A DNA stretch of 55,421 nucleotides from Clostridia bacterium (lineage in GTDB: Bacteria; Bacillota; Clostridia; Christensenellales; UBA1242): positions 1 through 55,421 of the forward strand of contig JAFUPL010000046.1 of NCBI GenBank assembly GCA_017481235.1. The letters run 5' to 3'. The number at the start of each line of letters is the position of its first letter. Position 1 is the stretch's first letter. The position numbers and the translations under genes are program-made. This document shows positions 54,808 to 55,421 of this stretch, piece after piece. The notes beneath the pieces were generated by a model that ran no database searches, was not told the DNA's origin, and saw only the letters and a list, made by a program, of their open reading frames with translations.

Positions 54808-55421
54808 ATGGAAATTTTAAACAAAATTAAAAATTTATTTAACAAATATGTTTGTTCAATATTTAATTCTAGTGAAGATATTGTAAATTATATATTTACC
54901 AACGATTCGCTTCCCGCACCGCTTGATGACAATGATGAAAAAATGTATATTGGAATGTTTGGTACGGTCAATGATGAATATGCGCGTTCAAAATTAATTG
55001 AACACAATTTACGTCTTGTGCTATACATCGCAAAAAAGTTTGAAAGTCAAAAGGCAGAGTTAGAAGACTTGGTGTCAGTTGGTGCAATTGGACTAGTTAA
55101 GGCGGTGGATAGTTTTAAGGCGGATAAAAATATTAAGTTGGCAACATATGCTTCACGTTGCATTGAAAATGAAATATTGATGTATTTACGAAAAGTTAAC
55201 AAAACATTAAATGAAATTAGTCTTGATGAACCACTTAGCGTTGACGACGAGGGAAGTGAACTTGTAATATCCGATATTTTGCCATCTAGCGAAGATGGTT
55301 ATCAAGAAGTGGAAAATGACGACCAAAAAAAGTTTTTACTTAACACACTTAGTCAATTGTCTAATCGTGAGCGCGATATTATGATTATGCGTTATGGATT
55401 ATATGGTCAAGATGAACTTAC
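54808..55421 (+). CDS. sigE: pro-sigma-E, sporulation sigma factor SigE (3' end beyond the right window edge)
   Basis: Hand translation gives MEILNKIKNLF...SLPAPLDDNDEKMYI...EHNLRLVLYIAKKFESQ...SVGAIGLVKAVDSF...KLATYASRCIENEILMYLRK. AAAGGA SD lies upstream. It is open to the window end, so it is absent from the ORF track. Confidence 0.85.
   Translation, partial: MEILNKIKNLFNKYVCSIFNSSEDIVNYIFTNDSLPAPLDDNDEKMYIGMFGTVNDEYARSKLIEHNLRLVLYIAKKFESQKAELEDLVSVGAIGLVKAVDSFKADKNIKLATYASRCIENEILMYLRKVNKTLNEISLDEPLSVDDEGSELVISDILPSSEDGYQEVENDDQKKFLLNTLSQLSNRERDIMIMRYGLYGQDEL

Overview
AT-rich (about 30% G+C by eye) chromosomal segment from an endospore-forming Firmicute, probably Clostridia-like, since it carries sigG, spoIIGA, pro-sigE and Spo0A-box motifs. 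Housekeeping genes are groES-groEL, valS with a T-box leader, gltX, hisS, addB-addA and two tRNA-Leu genes. They are interleaved with a dense set of envelope genes: a 3738-aa GLUG/Big_2-repeat giant protein, three paralogous BspA-type leucine-rich-repeat (LRR) surface proteins, orphan membrane proteins and lipoproteins, two tandem CPBP intramembrane proteases, an M14 carboxypeptidase, an M19 dipeptidase and an amidase-domain protein. I saw no rRNA, CRISPR array, transposase, integrase or recognisable defence system. The signals most worth follow-up are: (1) two sequence-unrelated but iso-structural 68-78-nt four-way-junction (mini-cloverleaf) elements, each upstream of an LRR gene; (2) a conserved promoter plus perfect Spo0A box (TGTCGAA) shared by all three LRR paralogs with helical-turn phasing, and more boxes elsewhere; (3) a Rho-like ORF that keeps the Rho fold landmarks but has no P-loop and lacks the C-terminal end; (4) a tRNA-Leu whose anticodon folds by hand as AAG, next to a 66-nt tRNA 3'-fragment duplication, with about 85-nt inverted modules flanking a 4-kb cassette; (5) near-identical patches indicating gene conversion among the LRR paralogs; (6) extreme-AT spacers (about 7% G+C), one of which splits spoIIGA from sigE. 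All calls come from reading the sequence and the ORF track by hand. No database search or folding program was run.
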